From the human T2T-CHM13v2.0 reference genome, Homo sapiens: a DNA stretch of 64,000 nt. The position numbers were made by a program, and so were the translations under genes. Location: assembly GCF_009914755.1 (NCBI RefSeq), contig NC_060940.1. The stretch is one strand, 5' to 3'. This document shows positions 41,073 to 55,612 of this stretch, one piece after another; within the stretch, counting starts at the first letter, position 1, and every line of letters starts with the position of its first letter. A model generated the notes under the pieces. That model saw nothing but the letters and a program-made list of their open reading frames with translations, was not told where the DNA came from and made no database searches.

Positions 41073-42169
41073 TCATTCTGGAGTCTATTTGGTTCTGCCT
41101 TTCACATAAGGTGGGTGGGCTTGTCAGATGCCCATAAAGGAATCAATCCTGTAAGGCACCTGGCACAGTACCTGACACATTACAAACACCCAAAATAGGA
41201 CTCGAATCAGGTGAAGTAAACTACAGCTCCACACCACAAAAAAGGACATCTCACAACACATCCTTGAGCAAAAGAAGGTGGTCACAAAAAGCACAGGTTC
41301 TGTGACTATTGAACTGAGGTCCAAAACCAGGCAGAATTAATCTACGGTGATAGAACTCAGATAAGGAATGAATGAGTCTCGGGTGTGCAATGATTGCAAG
41401 GACAGAACGTGAGGGGGGCTTGTGAGGGTTGACCTCTAGATCTTCATCTGAATGCCAGCCCTATGAGTGTTCACTTTCTGAAAATTCATCAAACTGTTGG
41501 GCCAGGTGACATGGCTCACGCCTGTAATCCCAGCACTTTGAGAAGCCAAGATGGGAGGACCACTTGAGCCCAGGAGTTTGAGACCAGCCTGGCCAACACA
41601 GCAAGACCCATCTCTAAGAAAAAATGTTTTTTAATTACCTGTGTGGAAGACTGAGGTAGGAGGATAACCTGAGCCCAGGAGGCTGAGACCGGCCTGGTCA
41701 ACATGGTGAAACCTTGTCTCTAGCAAACATACAAAAATTAACCGGTTGTGATAGTGTGCACCTGCAGTCCCAGCTACTCAGGAGGCTGAGGTGGGAGGAT
41801 CACTTAAGCTCAGGAGGTCGGGGATGCAGTGAGCCATGATCATGCCACTGCACTGCAGCCTGGGTGACAGAGTGAGACCCCCATCTATAAAAAATATATC
41901 CTCTTGAAAATTCATCAAGCTGCACACTTTTTTGCACATCAAGCGTACTTTTTTGGTTGTAAAGTACACTTCATTTTCCTTCCCTCTTATCTTTAATTGT
42001 GGTAAAATACAGCTAACATTCACCACCTCGGCCACTTAAACACAGTTCAGTAGCATTAAGTATATTGATATTCTTGTGCAATAATGAAGAGTTTGTGCAG
42101 GTGGTAGCCAATTACATCCCAAGAGGGCTAGGAGAGTGTTTCATTTGTTCTAAGCACTATGACAAGTAA

Positions 42170-42400
<231 letters not shown>

Positions 42401-43402
42401 TGAGGTCTTGAACTCCTGACCTCAAGTGATCTGCCTGCCTCGGTCTCCCAAAGTGCTGGGATTACAGGCATGAGCCGCTGCGCCCAGCCCTAAGTGGGCT
42501 CTTCCTAATTGCCATGTGGATGAGTTGCCTTAAAAGTCAGAAAAAATAGCAAAAGCTACAACAGAAAAATAAAAGGACACGCACGCCTCCATTGCCTGGG
42601 ACCCTGTCTAACCTCAGACTTAAAAACACAAACAAGATCAAGTGCAAAGATTCAGTCTCTGTACAAAAAAGGAGAGCTTGGAGCAGGCTGGATTCCCTCT
42701 GGCTTTGATGTCTCTGACAGTTACGACGTGCAAAATCTGCTTTGGTCAAAAGACAGCAAGATGGGGGATGAGAAGCTTCGACTCATGCTAGAATGGTGTT
42801 TTCCATAGCATGCCCCTTGGAACCCTAATTCCCTGAAATATCTGGGCTGGGGTGGAGCTGCGGAGGTTGAGAAGCTCTTCAAACAGTGGCGCAGTCAAGG
42901 TCAAATCCATCTGGAAGGTGCTACATATTCCCCTTTCCCTCATTGAGACACAAAACACACAACAGGACACTTGAGTCTCTGGCAGATCCGGAAACCTGAA
43001 AGCTGTTTTGCTCCTACGAGCCTTGGGTCCCCAAAACAACATTTAGCCACAGATTTGCCAAATGTTTTGAGAATGTTTTCCTAAAAATTTGCCAAATTTT
43101 TGAGAAAATTCAGTGAGCCTGACAAATTAATAATACTAATACTAGTAATAATAGTTGCTAAGTCTTTTTTTTTTTTTTTTTTTTGACACAGAGTCTCGCT
43201 CTGTTACCCAGGCTGGAGTGCAGTGACGCAATCTCAGCTCACTGCAACCTCCACGTTTCTGGGTTCAAGTGATTCTCGTGCCTCAGCCTCCCAAGTAGCT
43301 GGGACTACAGGCATGCGCTACCATGCCTGGCTAATTTTTGTATTTTTAGTAGAGATGAGGTTTCACCATATTGGCCAGGCTGGTCTTGAACTCCAGGCCT
43401 CA

Positions 43403-43677
<275 letters not shown>

Positions 43678-44306
43678 CTTTAGAATAAAAACAAGGGCTG
43701 TCTTGGGAAAGGCAGTTAAAGCTGAGAGCAGCTCTCACTTAGTCAAACTCAACTCGGAATACCAACTGCAGAAGATCAGACGGGGGCAAGGTGAACACAC
43801 TGGACCAGAGACGGACCGCCAGTTGGCCCAACCCCAGGGACACTCTTCATCTACCTTGATGCACCTTCCCAACCCTCCCTCCTCCACCATCGCTCATGTT
43901 TAAGGTCCTGCATCAGCTCCAAGGGCTGAAAGGACATCTCTGAAATTACTACCCAGAACTGCTGACCACGAAGTACAGTTCACTCATCAAGAGCTGCTCT
44001 CAATGTTTTTGGTTGGGGGAAGGGTCTCACTATATGCCCAGGGTGGAGTGCAGTGGTGCAATCATAGCTTACTGCAGGCTCAAACTCATGGGCTCAAGGG
44101 ATCCTCGCACCTCAGGTGTGGGCCACTATGCCCGGCTTATTTTTTGTAGAGATGGGGGTCTTGCTATTTTGCCTAGGCTGGTCTCAAACTCCTGATCTCA
44201 AATGATCCTCCTGCCTTGGCTTCCCAAAGCTCTAGGATGACAGGCGTGAGTCACCTCGTCCAACTTTCTCGAATGTTTGGATGAAAACAAATGACTCTGT
44301 CACCTT

Positions 44307-44828
<522 letters not shown>

Positions 44829-44966
44829 TTTAGGGAAAATAAATCAATGGTAGGCTGGCCCAGCTCTACCATTTTATGGGACCCGTCTGTGACTCCCAGT
44901 CAAAGGGCTGAAACTGGACCAACTGAGAATGTCAGGTTGCTTTAGTTTGTTTTACCATCAGTTTCA

Positions 44967-45209
<243 letters not shown>

Positions 45210-45212
45210 TCA

Positions 45213-45395
<183 letters not shown>

Positions 45396-45554
45396 TCAAC
45401 AGCTTCCCTCAGGATTTTACTGCCAAGCCATTGGCTAAAGATTTTGGACCAGAGACAAAAACCCAAATGTTTTTGGAGATCAGGTAAGTAATACAGAGTG
45501 ACCCAGACCAGATGTTAGAGTATTGCTTATATTCTAAATACCATGCAGGGTTCA

Positions 45555-45873
<319 letters not shown>

Positions 45874-46902
45874 TCATAAAGGGCTGGATACAGTGGTTCA
45901 CACCTGTAATCCAAGAACTATGGGAGGCCAAGCCAAGAGGATTGCTTGAATTAGGAGCTCTAGACTAGCCTGGGCAGCACAGTGAGATCCCATCTCTATT
46001 TCAAATAAACGAATGAATGAATGCCACACAGGCAAAACAGAAGTTCTCTGAACCTGATCTGCAACACAATTCGCCAGCTGGAAGGACCTCTGCAGTGGAA
46101 ATCCTCGCTCAAGGCCTGGTCCAGGTGTAGGGAGGCATCAAATGTGTCGCAGGGAGAGGCACTGGGCACTCTAAATGCACCTGCTTGGCAGGTCCCCAGT
46201 AGTACCAAAAAGGCAGTTTAGATCTATTATTCATAACAGCCACTGTATTTATTGGGCCCCTTGTATTCATCAGGTATCAGGCCAGACAGCTTCCTATATA
46301 GACCATCTCACTGTCTCCTAAGCGCTCTGTAAGGTGGCATCACCTGCTATTGCTATTTTCCTGCTAAGATGACCGAGGTCCTGGAAGGTAAATGCAAGAC
46401 CCCCACTTGTAAAATTTGGAGTCAGGAGTACAATCCAGAATCTAATCCTAGTTTTCTGCTAAGAGTAAATGGACACCCGATTAATTCTTAGCAGAAAGTC
46501 CCTTTCTTGCCCCTGACCCTACTCCACCATTTCTACCCTCCCCTCACCATTCACATCCCCCCACCTCCCAAGGGCTTGTTCCCAAGAAAGCCCTACTTCA
46601 CTTTTACAGGAAAAAAAGTGAATGGTGAACCTGTCACATTCTTATTGCCTTGTGACATCTGCCTAATCATCTGAATACCAATGGTTTCAAGTAACTCCAG
46701 AAAGAAGTTCTCTTAATGCATAACACTATTTTTTCCTCCCAACCAAGAGAACTTGGTTGGCAAGAGTTACGGTAGCCCCTGTGAAGGATGCTTCTGGAAG
46801 CGAGCAAGAACTGATTATTTCTGGCCCTAAAAGCCCCACTGTGTTTTATATTTTACAATTCTGGCATACCACAGCTTAAAATAAATGTATAGTCTCCTAT
46901 GT

Positions 46903-47231
46903 CAGGGGTCCCCAACCCTTGTGCTGCAGTATCAGTCAATGGCCTGTTAGGAACCAGGCCACATAGCAGGAGGGGACGGTGGGTGAGTGACCATCACTGC
47001 CTAAGCTCCGCCTCCTGTCAGATAAGCAGCATTAGATTTTCACAGAAGCACAAACCCTATTGCCAACTCCACCTGCAAGGGATCTAGGTTGTACGTTCCT
47101 TATGAGAATCTAACCAATGCCTGATGATGAGGTGGGACAGTTTCATCCCAAAACCATCCTCCCCACTCCACCCTGGAAAATATTGTCTTCCACGAAACCA
47201 GTCTCTGGTGCCAAGAGGATGGGGACTGCTG
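46903..47231 (+). mobile_element. MER1B (hAT-Charlie)
   Basis: caggggtccccaacc...ggggactgctg termini. TSD tcctatgt/tcatatgt. Confidence 0.9.
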
Positions 47232-47288
47232 TCATATGTGACTGCAACAAGTTGCAATTTGCAATGCCTTTTTTTTTTTTTTTTTTGA

Positions 47289-47462
<174 letters not shown>

Positions 47463-47710
47463 TAGCAGAGACCATGTTGGCCAGGCTGGTCTTGAACTCC
47501 TGACCTCAGGTGACCCACCTGCTGCGGCCTCCCAAAGTGCTGGGATTACAGGCGTGAGCCACTGCGCCTGGTCTGCAATGTCTTTAGCCAGTCATTTGCA
47601 ATATCTATTAATTTTAGATACGCATGCCCTTTAACTCAGCAAGCGCATTTCTGGGAATTTATCCTACAGATAAATTCATATAATTAGACAAAAAGTCCAA
47701 GGATGAAAGA

Positions 47711-48058
47711 GTGGCATTATCTATTATTCCCATTTTCCTGCTAAGCCTATCGGGGTCTTGAAAGGTAAATGCAAGGCCCTCCCTTGCAAAAGTTGGGGAG
47801 CCAGGATTAGAATCCCGATCTGTTTGAAGCCTAATTTACTCAGAGATGGCATTAGTGATGTTTGACACATCTGAATATGTCAGCCCTATTCACAGTCCTG
47901 TCCTAACAACTCACTGCTTCATCCCTTGAGCACAAACAAGCTATTCATTAGCCTGTGGAAGATCCTTAGGTCTTCGAGTTACAAGTCTCAGCTCTGCCCA
48001 AAACTCGCTGGGTGATGCTAGGCAAGTCACTTGCCCTCTCTGGGCCTTGTATTTTTCA
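47711..48058. repeat. Composite duplicate B'+A' (B' matches 46334-46440; A' matches 44307-44828 without the Alu)
   Basis: B and B' share attttcctgctaag and aaggtaaatgcaag; A' aligns as described for block A. Confidence 0.85.
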
Positions 48059-49983
48059 GCCTGGTACAGTAAAGTTCTATGCCCCTCACCTTTTTTTTGA
48101 GACAGAGTCTCACTCTGTTGCCCAGGCTAGAGAACAGTGATGCAATCAGGGCCCACGGCAGCCTTGAACTCCTGGGCTCAAGCAATCCTCCTGCCTCACT
48201 CAACCTCCTGAATAACTAGGACTACAGATGCATGCCACCATGCCCAGCTCATTTTAAAAATTTTTTTGTAGAGATGGTGCCTCGCTATGTTGCCCACTCT
48301 GGTCTCAAACTCCTGACTTCAAGCCATCCCCCCACCTCAGCCTCCCAAATTGCTGGGATTACAGGTATGACCTGCCATACCTGGCCTCTATGGCCCTTTC
48401 CTAGCAACTTTGATGAGGTTGTTCCTCCTTAGCCCCTGAAACCCTGATACAAGTCACAGATGTCCGACCTCCCCTTTCAGCCACTGTGAGCAGCTTCTTC
48501 CTCTGTCCTTGGATCACATACAAGGTTTCTTTCAAATTCTTGCCTGCCTTTCTCTAAATTCAGTCTTTCCTCCATTGTGTGGCCAGGGTTAAAAGTTGAA
48601 AGGTCAGGAGTGGAAGGAGAAGACCTAGAGAGCAAAAAGGCCATCCCTTAAAGTATGCCATCAAGACCCTAAATAAGCCAGGCGCGGTGGCTCACGCCTG
48701 TAATCTGAGCACTTTGGGAGACCAAGCCAGGCGAATCACTTGAGGTCAGCAGTTCGAGACCAGCCTGGCCAATATGGTGAAACCCCATCTCTACTAAAAA
48801 TACAAAAAATTAGCCAGGCGTGGTGGTGGGCGCCTATAAACCCAGCTACTCTCTACTCAGGAGGCTGAGGCTGGAGAAGTGCCTGAACCTAGGAGGCGGA
48901 GGTTGCAGTGAGCCAAGATTGCACCACTGCACTCCAGCCTGGGCGACAGAGCAAGACTCTGTCTCAAAAACAAACAAACAAAACCCTAAACAAATGTAAT
49001 TGGAATTTGTAACATTCCCAATCCAGGTAAGGAATGGTAGCTTAATATATTAAAGATTCTAATCACCACTTTCAGCCCAAATAGAAACGAGGTTTATGAG
49101 ATCAAAGGGAAGAAAATTAAGAGAAGCTTCTCCTTTAACGGCCACATAGTTTAGGCTTCCCGGTTCTGCCAAAGATGAGCCATGCCATACTGAGCAAACA
49201 TCTTGAACTCTCTGGTTGTGTTTGCTATAAATAACCATCACTAAAGCTTACCAGGGGCCAGGCACTGTGCTAAACCCTTCATACACATTAGCTCATCAAA
49301 TCCTCCCATGAGGGTAATCTGTGAAACTCTGGAGTTAGAAAGACCTAGATTTGTAGAATCTTGTTTTCCTTACTGGTTAGCTGAGCTATCTTAAGCAAGT
49401 TATTCAGACTCCATATGTGTAAAATAAAGCCAGTTATAATAACAGTATCTACTCTAAAGGGTTGTTATGAAGACGTAAGATAATGTCCACAAAGGGTTTA
49501 GCATCTCGCCAGGCAAAAGTGCCCAAAAAACATGAGTTATTCTCATTAGCCCCATTTCCCGGATGAGAAAGTGAGGTTTGGGGAGGTGCGGGAGATGATT
49601 TTTAAATTTGCTTATGACCTTCTATGATTCTACTGGATTGAAAATTGAACTTGGTTTTCAAGAAAAATCTACTATATATCTGCTCTTGGAATTACACGCT
49701 TGTGCCTAATGTGGAAGACCCACCTGTTTGGATTCAAGACCTGTGGAAAGGAGACAATTCCCTCCCACCCCCCACCCAAAAAAAATCAAACCTCTGAATA
49801 AGAGGGGGTAGGAAAAAAGAATCCCACTTTCCTCCCAAATCTCTTCGCCTTAGGGTTTCTCCACTAGTTCTTCAATGGGTGAGGGACATGGTAGACAAAT
49901 CCCCAGGGCCAGGACCAACCGGGCTGCGGTGCAAGGCTGGGTAACTGACGAGGGGGCCGGGGATGGCCTCATGGAAAACACTT

Positions 49984-49993
49984 CCATAAATGG
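49984..49993. promoter_or_regulatory. Intron-1 CArG box, about +2.0 kb
   Basis: Perfect CCATAAATGG in Alu-free sequence, with TGATAA GATA motifs at 50034-50039 and 50089-50094. An intron-1 CArG is known to be needed for SM-MHC expression in rodents. Confidence 0.8.
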
Positions 49994-51874
49994 GCATGTT
50001 TGCCTCAATCTCTGCCCTCCCACGGAAAAGTAATGATAACAAATCCATAACAGATACCTTGTACGGAATAACACATCTATTTCGGACATGATAATAAAAA
50101 AACATGGTGTTTACAAGGCAAGCCTGGCGGCTTCTCGGAAAAGACCCAGCTAGTTCACGTTCTGGACTCTCGGCATGGCAGCCCACCTAGGGTCACTGGT
50201 TTCAGCTAGGTCAGCCCCTCAATCAGGGGACAAACAGTGCCTTTTATTTTAAATGTGCAAAAAGTCAGTTTATGTTTTCTTCAAAGGACACGGTGATAAA
50301 CATTTACTTTGTTGGAAGCATTTAGTCCCACCAGAAACCTGACCCCAACAAGTTTGTGTCCATGGTAAAGAAGAAAGATAGTGGGGTCAAGGGTATGAAC
50401 TTGGACTCAAACTGACCCGGGAATGGGTTCTACCACTTGCTGGCTGTGTGACAGTTTACCTCTCTGAGCCTCAGCTGCCTTGTATACTAAACAGGCATCA
50501 TAAAGCCTTTCTTATGAAGTTGTTGCAAAGATTAAATGAGATAAATTAAGTTAAATGTTGCAACAGCATGTGGCACTGAAGTGTTCCATCAACGGTAGCT
50601 ATCTCAAAGGGAAAACATCAATTTCCTTCAAACAAAATTCCCTATCTTATTTCACACCCTGCCACCTAATGACTTTCAGTTCAGCGTCAAGTTCCGTCTC
50701 TGAACAATTCTAAAATAGTATCGTTAAGTAAATCAAAGAAACAAAAAACTATGCAAAGCAGTTTATTAATAGCCTGCATTCTTTTTGCCAAACCCCGGAC
50801 GGACAGTTCACCATTTAATCTCTCAGTTCTTCATACTGCAACTAAACACTCCCGCCTTGGGTTTCTAAATATTTTCTTTTACTTCTTGACAAGCATGGCT
50901 TTGGATGGTACCTTTTCTCAAGTGGCAAAATCCCTACCAGACCCTGTGCTGGAAGAAAACTTACAACAGGCAGTAGCCACACTTTCTCTCGTTTTACCCA
51001 TTTGGTTGGGCACGAGAGTGGCATTGACACAGGTGGCTCTGCGGGAAATTCTAGTGTAATCTTACCTAATGCACCTGCAGATCGCGGAAGCAAATGGAGA
51101 CTTTGGAGCCCACCTGGGTATCTGGGGGCCCTTTGGGGTCAACCTGGGTGAGTTTGTTTTTTTTTTTTAATTTGGAGAAGAGGAAAAAGTGGGCTGTAAC
51201 AAACTAGATCACAACCAGCCTTATCTCCCAGGGGTTCTCAACATAGAAGAACCTCCCCTAAACTGATTAAAAAAAAAAAAAAAAAAACACTCCTTTCTGC
51301 TAAGCCTATGCCCATGTGTTTTTAACTGATTTAATGCATTATCAACACAACTGTGCAATACGGTCAAATCCACAAGGAGCCTCACTTTGCCCGTCTGTGT
51401 GATAGCAAGTGACTTTTCAGTGAAGTTCAGCTGTAAATTTTTTGGTGCCTAGAATAAAAGTGAGATGCCTTGATTGTCTGCACCGGACCTCTGAGATTTC
51501 CAAGGGAGCATATCTCCTGGATTAGCCTCTTAACAAGAATCACTCGGGACTAATTTTTTTTTTTAAGGCAGTTTTTCTGGGGATTCTAGAGTTGGGAAAT
51601 GGAGTTGGGTCCAGGCATTGATATCGTTAATAAGCACCCCCAAAATGGTACTTCTCACTGGCAATCTTGAGAAATGCTGTTTGGGGAAAGTCTAGGATAA
51701 TCTAAGACGATAAGGCAGAGAGAAATCCAAATCACAACTCTGCCCCCACCATGGCCCTTACGAGGTTGACAACAGGGACCCCTAAGTGCACCCCAGCCCC
51801 TATAGAATACCCTATAGGACTTTTAACACCCCCCTCCCCTGCAATCTGCCCCCAGAATGACAACTACTACTTAC

Positions 51875-51962
51875 AGATCTCCAACTGGGGGGACTAGTGG
51901 AGAGGAAACTGGATGGCGAGCTCGGATCTGACGCACCTCCCAGGCCGGAGCGTCCAAATCTC
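51875..51962 (-). other. MYH11: MYH11 non-coding exon 1 (5'UTR); TSS approximate
   Basis: Starts ~30 nt downstream of a TATAAA in a CpG-rich region and ends at the donor ATCT|gtaagt. Contains no ATG. Matches my recollection of the MYH11 mRNA leader. Confidence 0.9.
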
Positions 51963-51985
51963 CCTGCGCGTCTCGGACGCCTCTC

Positions 51986-51991
51986 TTTATA
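51986..51991 (-). promoter_or_regulatory. MYH11: TATA box of MYH11
   Basis: Minus strand reads CTATAAAGAG, ~25-30 nt upstream of exon 1. Confidence 0.9.
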
Positions 51992-52019
51992 GACCCGGAG
52001 CTGCCCGCGGCTGGGAAAG

Positions 52020-52051
52020 GGGAGGAGGCCGAAGGGGTGGAGTTGGGGAGG
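52020..52051 (-). promoter_or_regulatory. Two proximal CCTCCC (Sp/KLF-type) elements
   Basis: GGGAGG at 52020-52025 and 52046-52051, about -60 and -87 from the TSS. Tandem CCTCCC elements are a described feature of rodent SM-MHC core promoters. Confidence 0.7.
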
Positions 52052-52127
52052 GTCCCTCGCGGCCCCCTCGCCGCGCCCCCTGCAGGGCGCACCCCCGGCG
52101 GGAGCGCAAGGAGCTGGGGCGCTCGGG

Positions 52128-52184
52128 ACAAGGGTGCACGGAACAGGTGCGCACCGCACAAGGGCGCACGGAACAGGTGCGCAC
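52128..52184. repeat. Tandem duplication with a 30-bp period in the MYH11 proximal promoter
   Basis: acaaggg(t/c)gcacggaacaggtgcgcac at 52128-52154 and 52158-52184 (26/27 identical). Confidence 0.95.
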
Positions 52185-52854
52185 AGGGACGGGAGTCTCA
52201 GCCCCGGCCCCAGGCGGTCGCAGACGCTCCGGATCCCTAGAGAAAGGGGGTCGAGCAGGCAGTGTCTGTGCGGGATGCTTGAGAACGTCTTCCCTGAGTC
52301 GGTTCCGGCCGCAAAGGCTTTAACCTCTTCCTCCCCGTGTCGGGGCTGTGGTGGATCTGACTTGACATCTCCCACCCCACTTCCCATTTTATTGGCATCG
52401 CACTGTCTGGAAAGAGGGCCGGCTGTGCAGCGTGAAGGGTAGGGAAAGGGGATTTCTTGAACTTTGCAAAGTGCAAGACAGGAGGCCCCCACCCTTGCTG
52501 GGAACCGTGCAGGAAGGGGAAGTTTTTACTTTTCCCAACTTGCCATCTCCACCTCCACCCACATCACCACGACCAAAATACAAATAAAAATTAAAAATAA
52601 GCCCACTGTGATTATTTCAGCTGTCCCCCTCCCCTGTGCGCCACTCGCCAGCTGCGTGACCTTGGGCAAGTCACTTCACTTCTCTGAGACTTGGTGTCCA
52701 TAGCTACAAAATGGGGGAAGGCGGTGGCGGTGATAATTACGTTATTTACAAGATGCAAGTGTCAAGATCCAAGGAGAAAGTGGGTGTGCCCCCAGAGTCT
52801 GCGAGTTCCCTTCAACAACTTCCCTTCCCCAAGGATTCCTCGCCTAAAATTGCA

Positions 52855-53140
52855 TTCCCTGTCTCTCTCCATCACAGGCTCTCTCGCTCTGTCTCTGCCA
52901 CTGTCTCTGCATGTCTGTCACTCTGATCATTGCTGTCTCTCGCTCTATCTTTTGTCTCTGTCCCTCTCGCTTCTCTAGATCTGTCGATGTATCTGTCTCT
53001 CCCTCCTGTCTCACTTTGTCTCTGGTCTCTGTGTCTCTTGCTCTCCATCTCTCCCGCGTGTCTCACTCCTATCTCTGCGCTTTCTCTCTCTCTCTTCCCC
53101 AGGCTCTCCGTCTTCTCCCCGTCCCTCCCTCCCCGCTCCT
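52855..53140. repeat. CT/CTGT-rich polypyrimidine low-complexity tract
   Basis: Degenerate (CT)n/(CTGT)n between the two CpG islands. Confidence 0.9.
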
Positions 53141-53161
53141 GTCCACGCACGCACACACAGG

Positions 53162-53171
53162 CCATAAAAGG
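53162..53171. promoter_or_regulatory. CArG1 (SRF/myocardin site), about -1.2 kb
   Basis: Perfect CC(A/T)6GG: CCATAAAAGG (CCTTTTATGG on minus), in the position of the known SM-MHC upstream CArG cluster. Confidence 0.9.
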
Positions 53172-53319
53172 AAGTCGAGGCGGTGGGCTGGCCCCGCGCC
53201 AGGCCGGGGACCCGCGGGCAGCCCGGGCGCTCCGCTCCCCGCGCGGCACCAGCTCCTCCGAGGTTCCCGGGCCGGGCCGGGCCGGGCCGGTCCCCCTCCC
53301 CGGGAGCGGCGGGAGCGGC

Positions 53320-53342
53320 GGGCGGGAGACAACCCAAAAAGG
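53320..53342. promoter_or_regulatory. GC box (GGGCGGG) plus degenerate CArG2
   Basis: GGGCGGG at 53320-53326 next to CCCAAAAAGG at 53333-53342 (CCTTTTTGGG on minus). Same arrangement as the rodent SM-MHC CArG2 and GC-rich repressor element. Confidence 0.8.
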
Positions 53343-53413
53343 GCAGGCGCGGACTCCTTCCTGCAGGAATTCCCAGCGCCGCATACCAGCTCTGGGCTGC
53401 CGGCTCCCCCTGA

Positions 53414-53423
53414 CTAAATATGG
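53414..53423. promoter_or_regulatory. Degenerate CArG3
   Basis: CTAAATATGG (CCATATTTAG on minus), one mismatch from consensus, third box of the cluster. Confidence 0.7.
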
Positions 53424-54847
53424 TGCCGAGTGGCCTTCCTGCTCCCCGGCGTCGGGGGAGGGGGCCCTTCACGCAGCCACCGGCCGCCGTTGCCCCGCGG
53501 GGCTAGATGGGGACCCCTCTGCTTGGGGAAGGCCCGGAAGGGGGCAGCCCCCAGTCCCACGTGGGTTTCTGCTGCTTCAGGCTAGAGGATTTGGAGAGAG
53601 GGTTAAAGTTGGGCAGACCCCTCCTGGGTTCTGTACTTGACGCAGGCCCTTAGTCTACAACCACTCCTCTTGCAACCAGGTGGAGGGGCTGGGGGCCGGG
53701 GGTGCGGGGGGTGGCTTTATTAATACCCCCATTTTGCAGGTGAGAAAATTGAGTCCCTGCAGGGGTAAAGGGATTTGACCAAGCTCTCACTGGGACAGTC
53801 ATTGATTGGTGCTGGCACTGGAACCTTTCTGATGACACCATTCACTTCCAGAGAGGAGACATTAAAGGGAAATGCCCAGGCAAACTGGCCTTGAGGCCCA
53901 GGGCGTGTATCTGAGAGTAGATGTCTGGCTTTGAATCTGCCAGTGCTGCTTTCTACCTATATGACCATGGGCAAGTAACTTTGCCTCTCCATGCCTCAAT
54001 TTCCCTACCTGTAAGATGGGAAGAACATCAGCTACTTCCTGGCCTTTTTGTAAGCAGTCCTTGAGATGATCCATGTAAAATGAACATGGTGCACCGCTTC
54101 ATGTGAGCTGCTGTTACTCGCAACAAACATGAAACCAACTAGAGTTGCACCAGGCCTCCGGGATATAAAGAGAGGCCTCTTCCCCTGCAGGCTCCCAGGC
54201 CCATCTGGAGAGCTCTGCATCTCAGACCCTTTTGGGTCCTTCTTCATCCTTCCAACATCAAGCTTACCTGGTTTTCACCCTGGAAACTCCTGAGCCTGGC
54301 CCTCACCCTGCAATGGGCCTAGATCAGAGAGTCAAGAACAGCCTGCATTTAGCTGGCTGGGGAAGTGAGGGGTAAAGCTCTGCGGAAAATGATGAATGAG
54401 CTGCTCCGCACAGGCTTTTAACATCTACGCTGTAAAAGGAGTGGAAATCGTCCCTGCATCAGCACAGAAATGATGTGGAGCAGAGAAGTAACGGAAGGGG
54501 GAAAATTGAAGTCAATCATCCGCTTCCCATCCTGGAAAGGGAAGGCCATCGGAATCTAGCTTGCTGGCCTCGAAGTAAAAACTGGCATTAATACTAGAGG
54601 CATGAACACTGTATTTCCAAAGGGTTCCATTCGATTCTTTAAATAACTTGTTGGTAACTTTTAAAAGAGAATAATTATAATGTGATTAACAACTGGAGAC
54701 TGTAACACTCAATTTTACTTCATTCTCTCACCTACCCCTTATATAACAACCCTTTATTAAAAATTAAAGTAGGCAGCCGGGCACGGTGGCTCTTGCCTGT
54801 AATCCCAGCACTTTGGGAGGCCAAAGTAGGCGGATCACTTGAAGTCA

Positions 54848-55405
<558 letters not shown>

Positions 55406-55408
55406 TTA

Positions 55409-55612
<204 letters not shown>

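Larger units (their letters stand above)
51900..52350. promoter_or_regulatory. Proximal promoter CpG island
   Basis: High GC content and dense CpGs across exon 1 and the proximal promoter. Confidence 0.85.
53100..53500. promoter_or_regulatory. Upstream CpG island containing CArG1-3
   Basis: Very high GC/CpG, with GGCCG and GGGAGCGGC iterations. Confidence 0.85.

Noticed and set aside
43052-43108. Short direct repeat atttgccaaat(g)ttttgagaa x2
   Set aside because: A small slippage-type duplication with no functional cue.
51812-53640. Long overlapping ORFs (up to 236 aa) in the promoter
   Set aside because: Stop-codon depletion in CpG-island and CT-repeat DNA; the products are low-complexity P/R/G/S/L.
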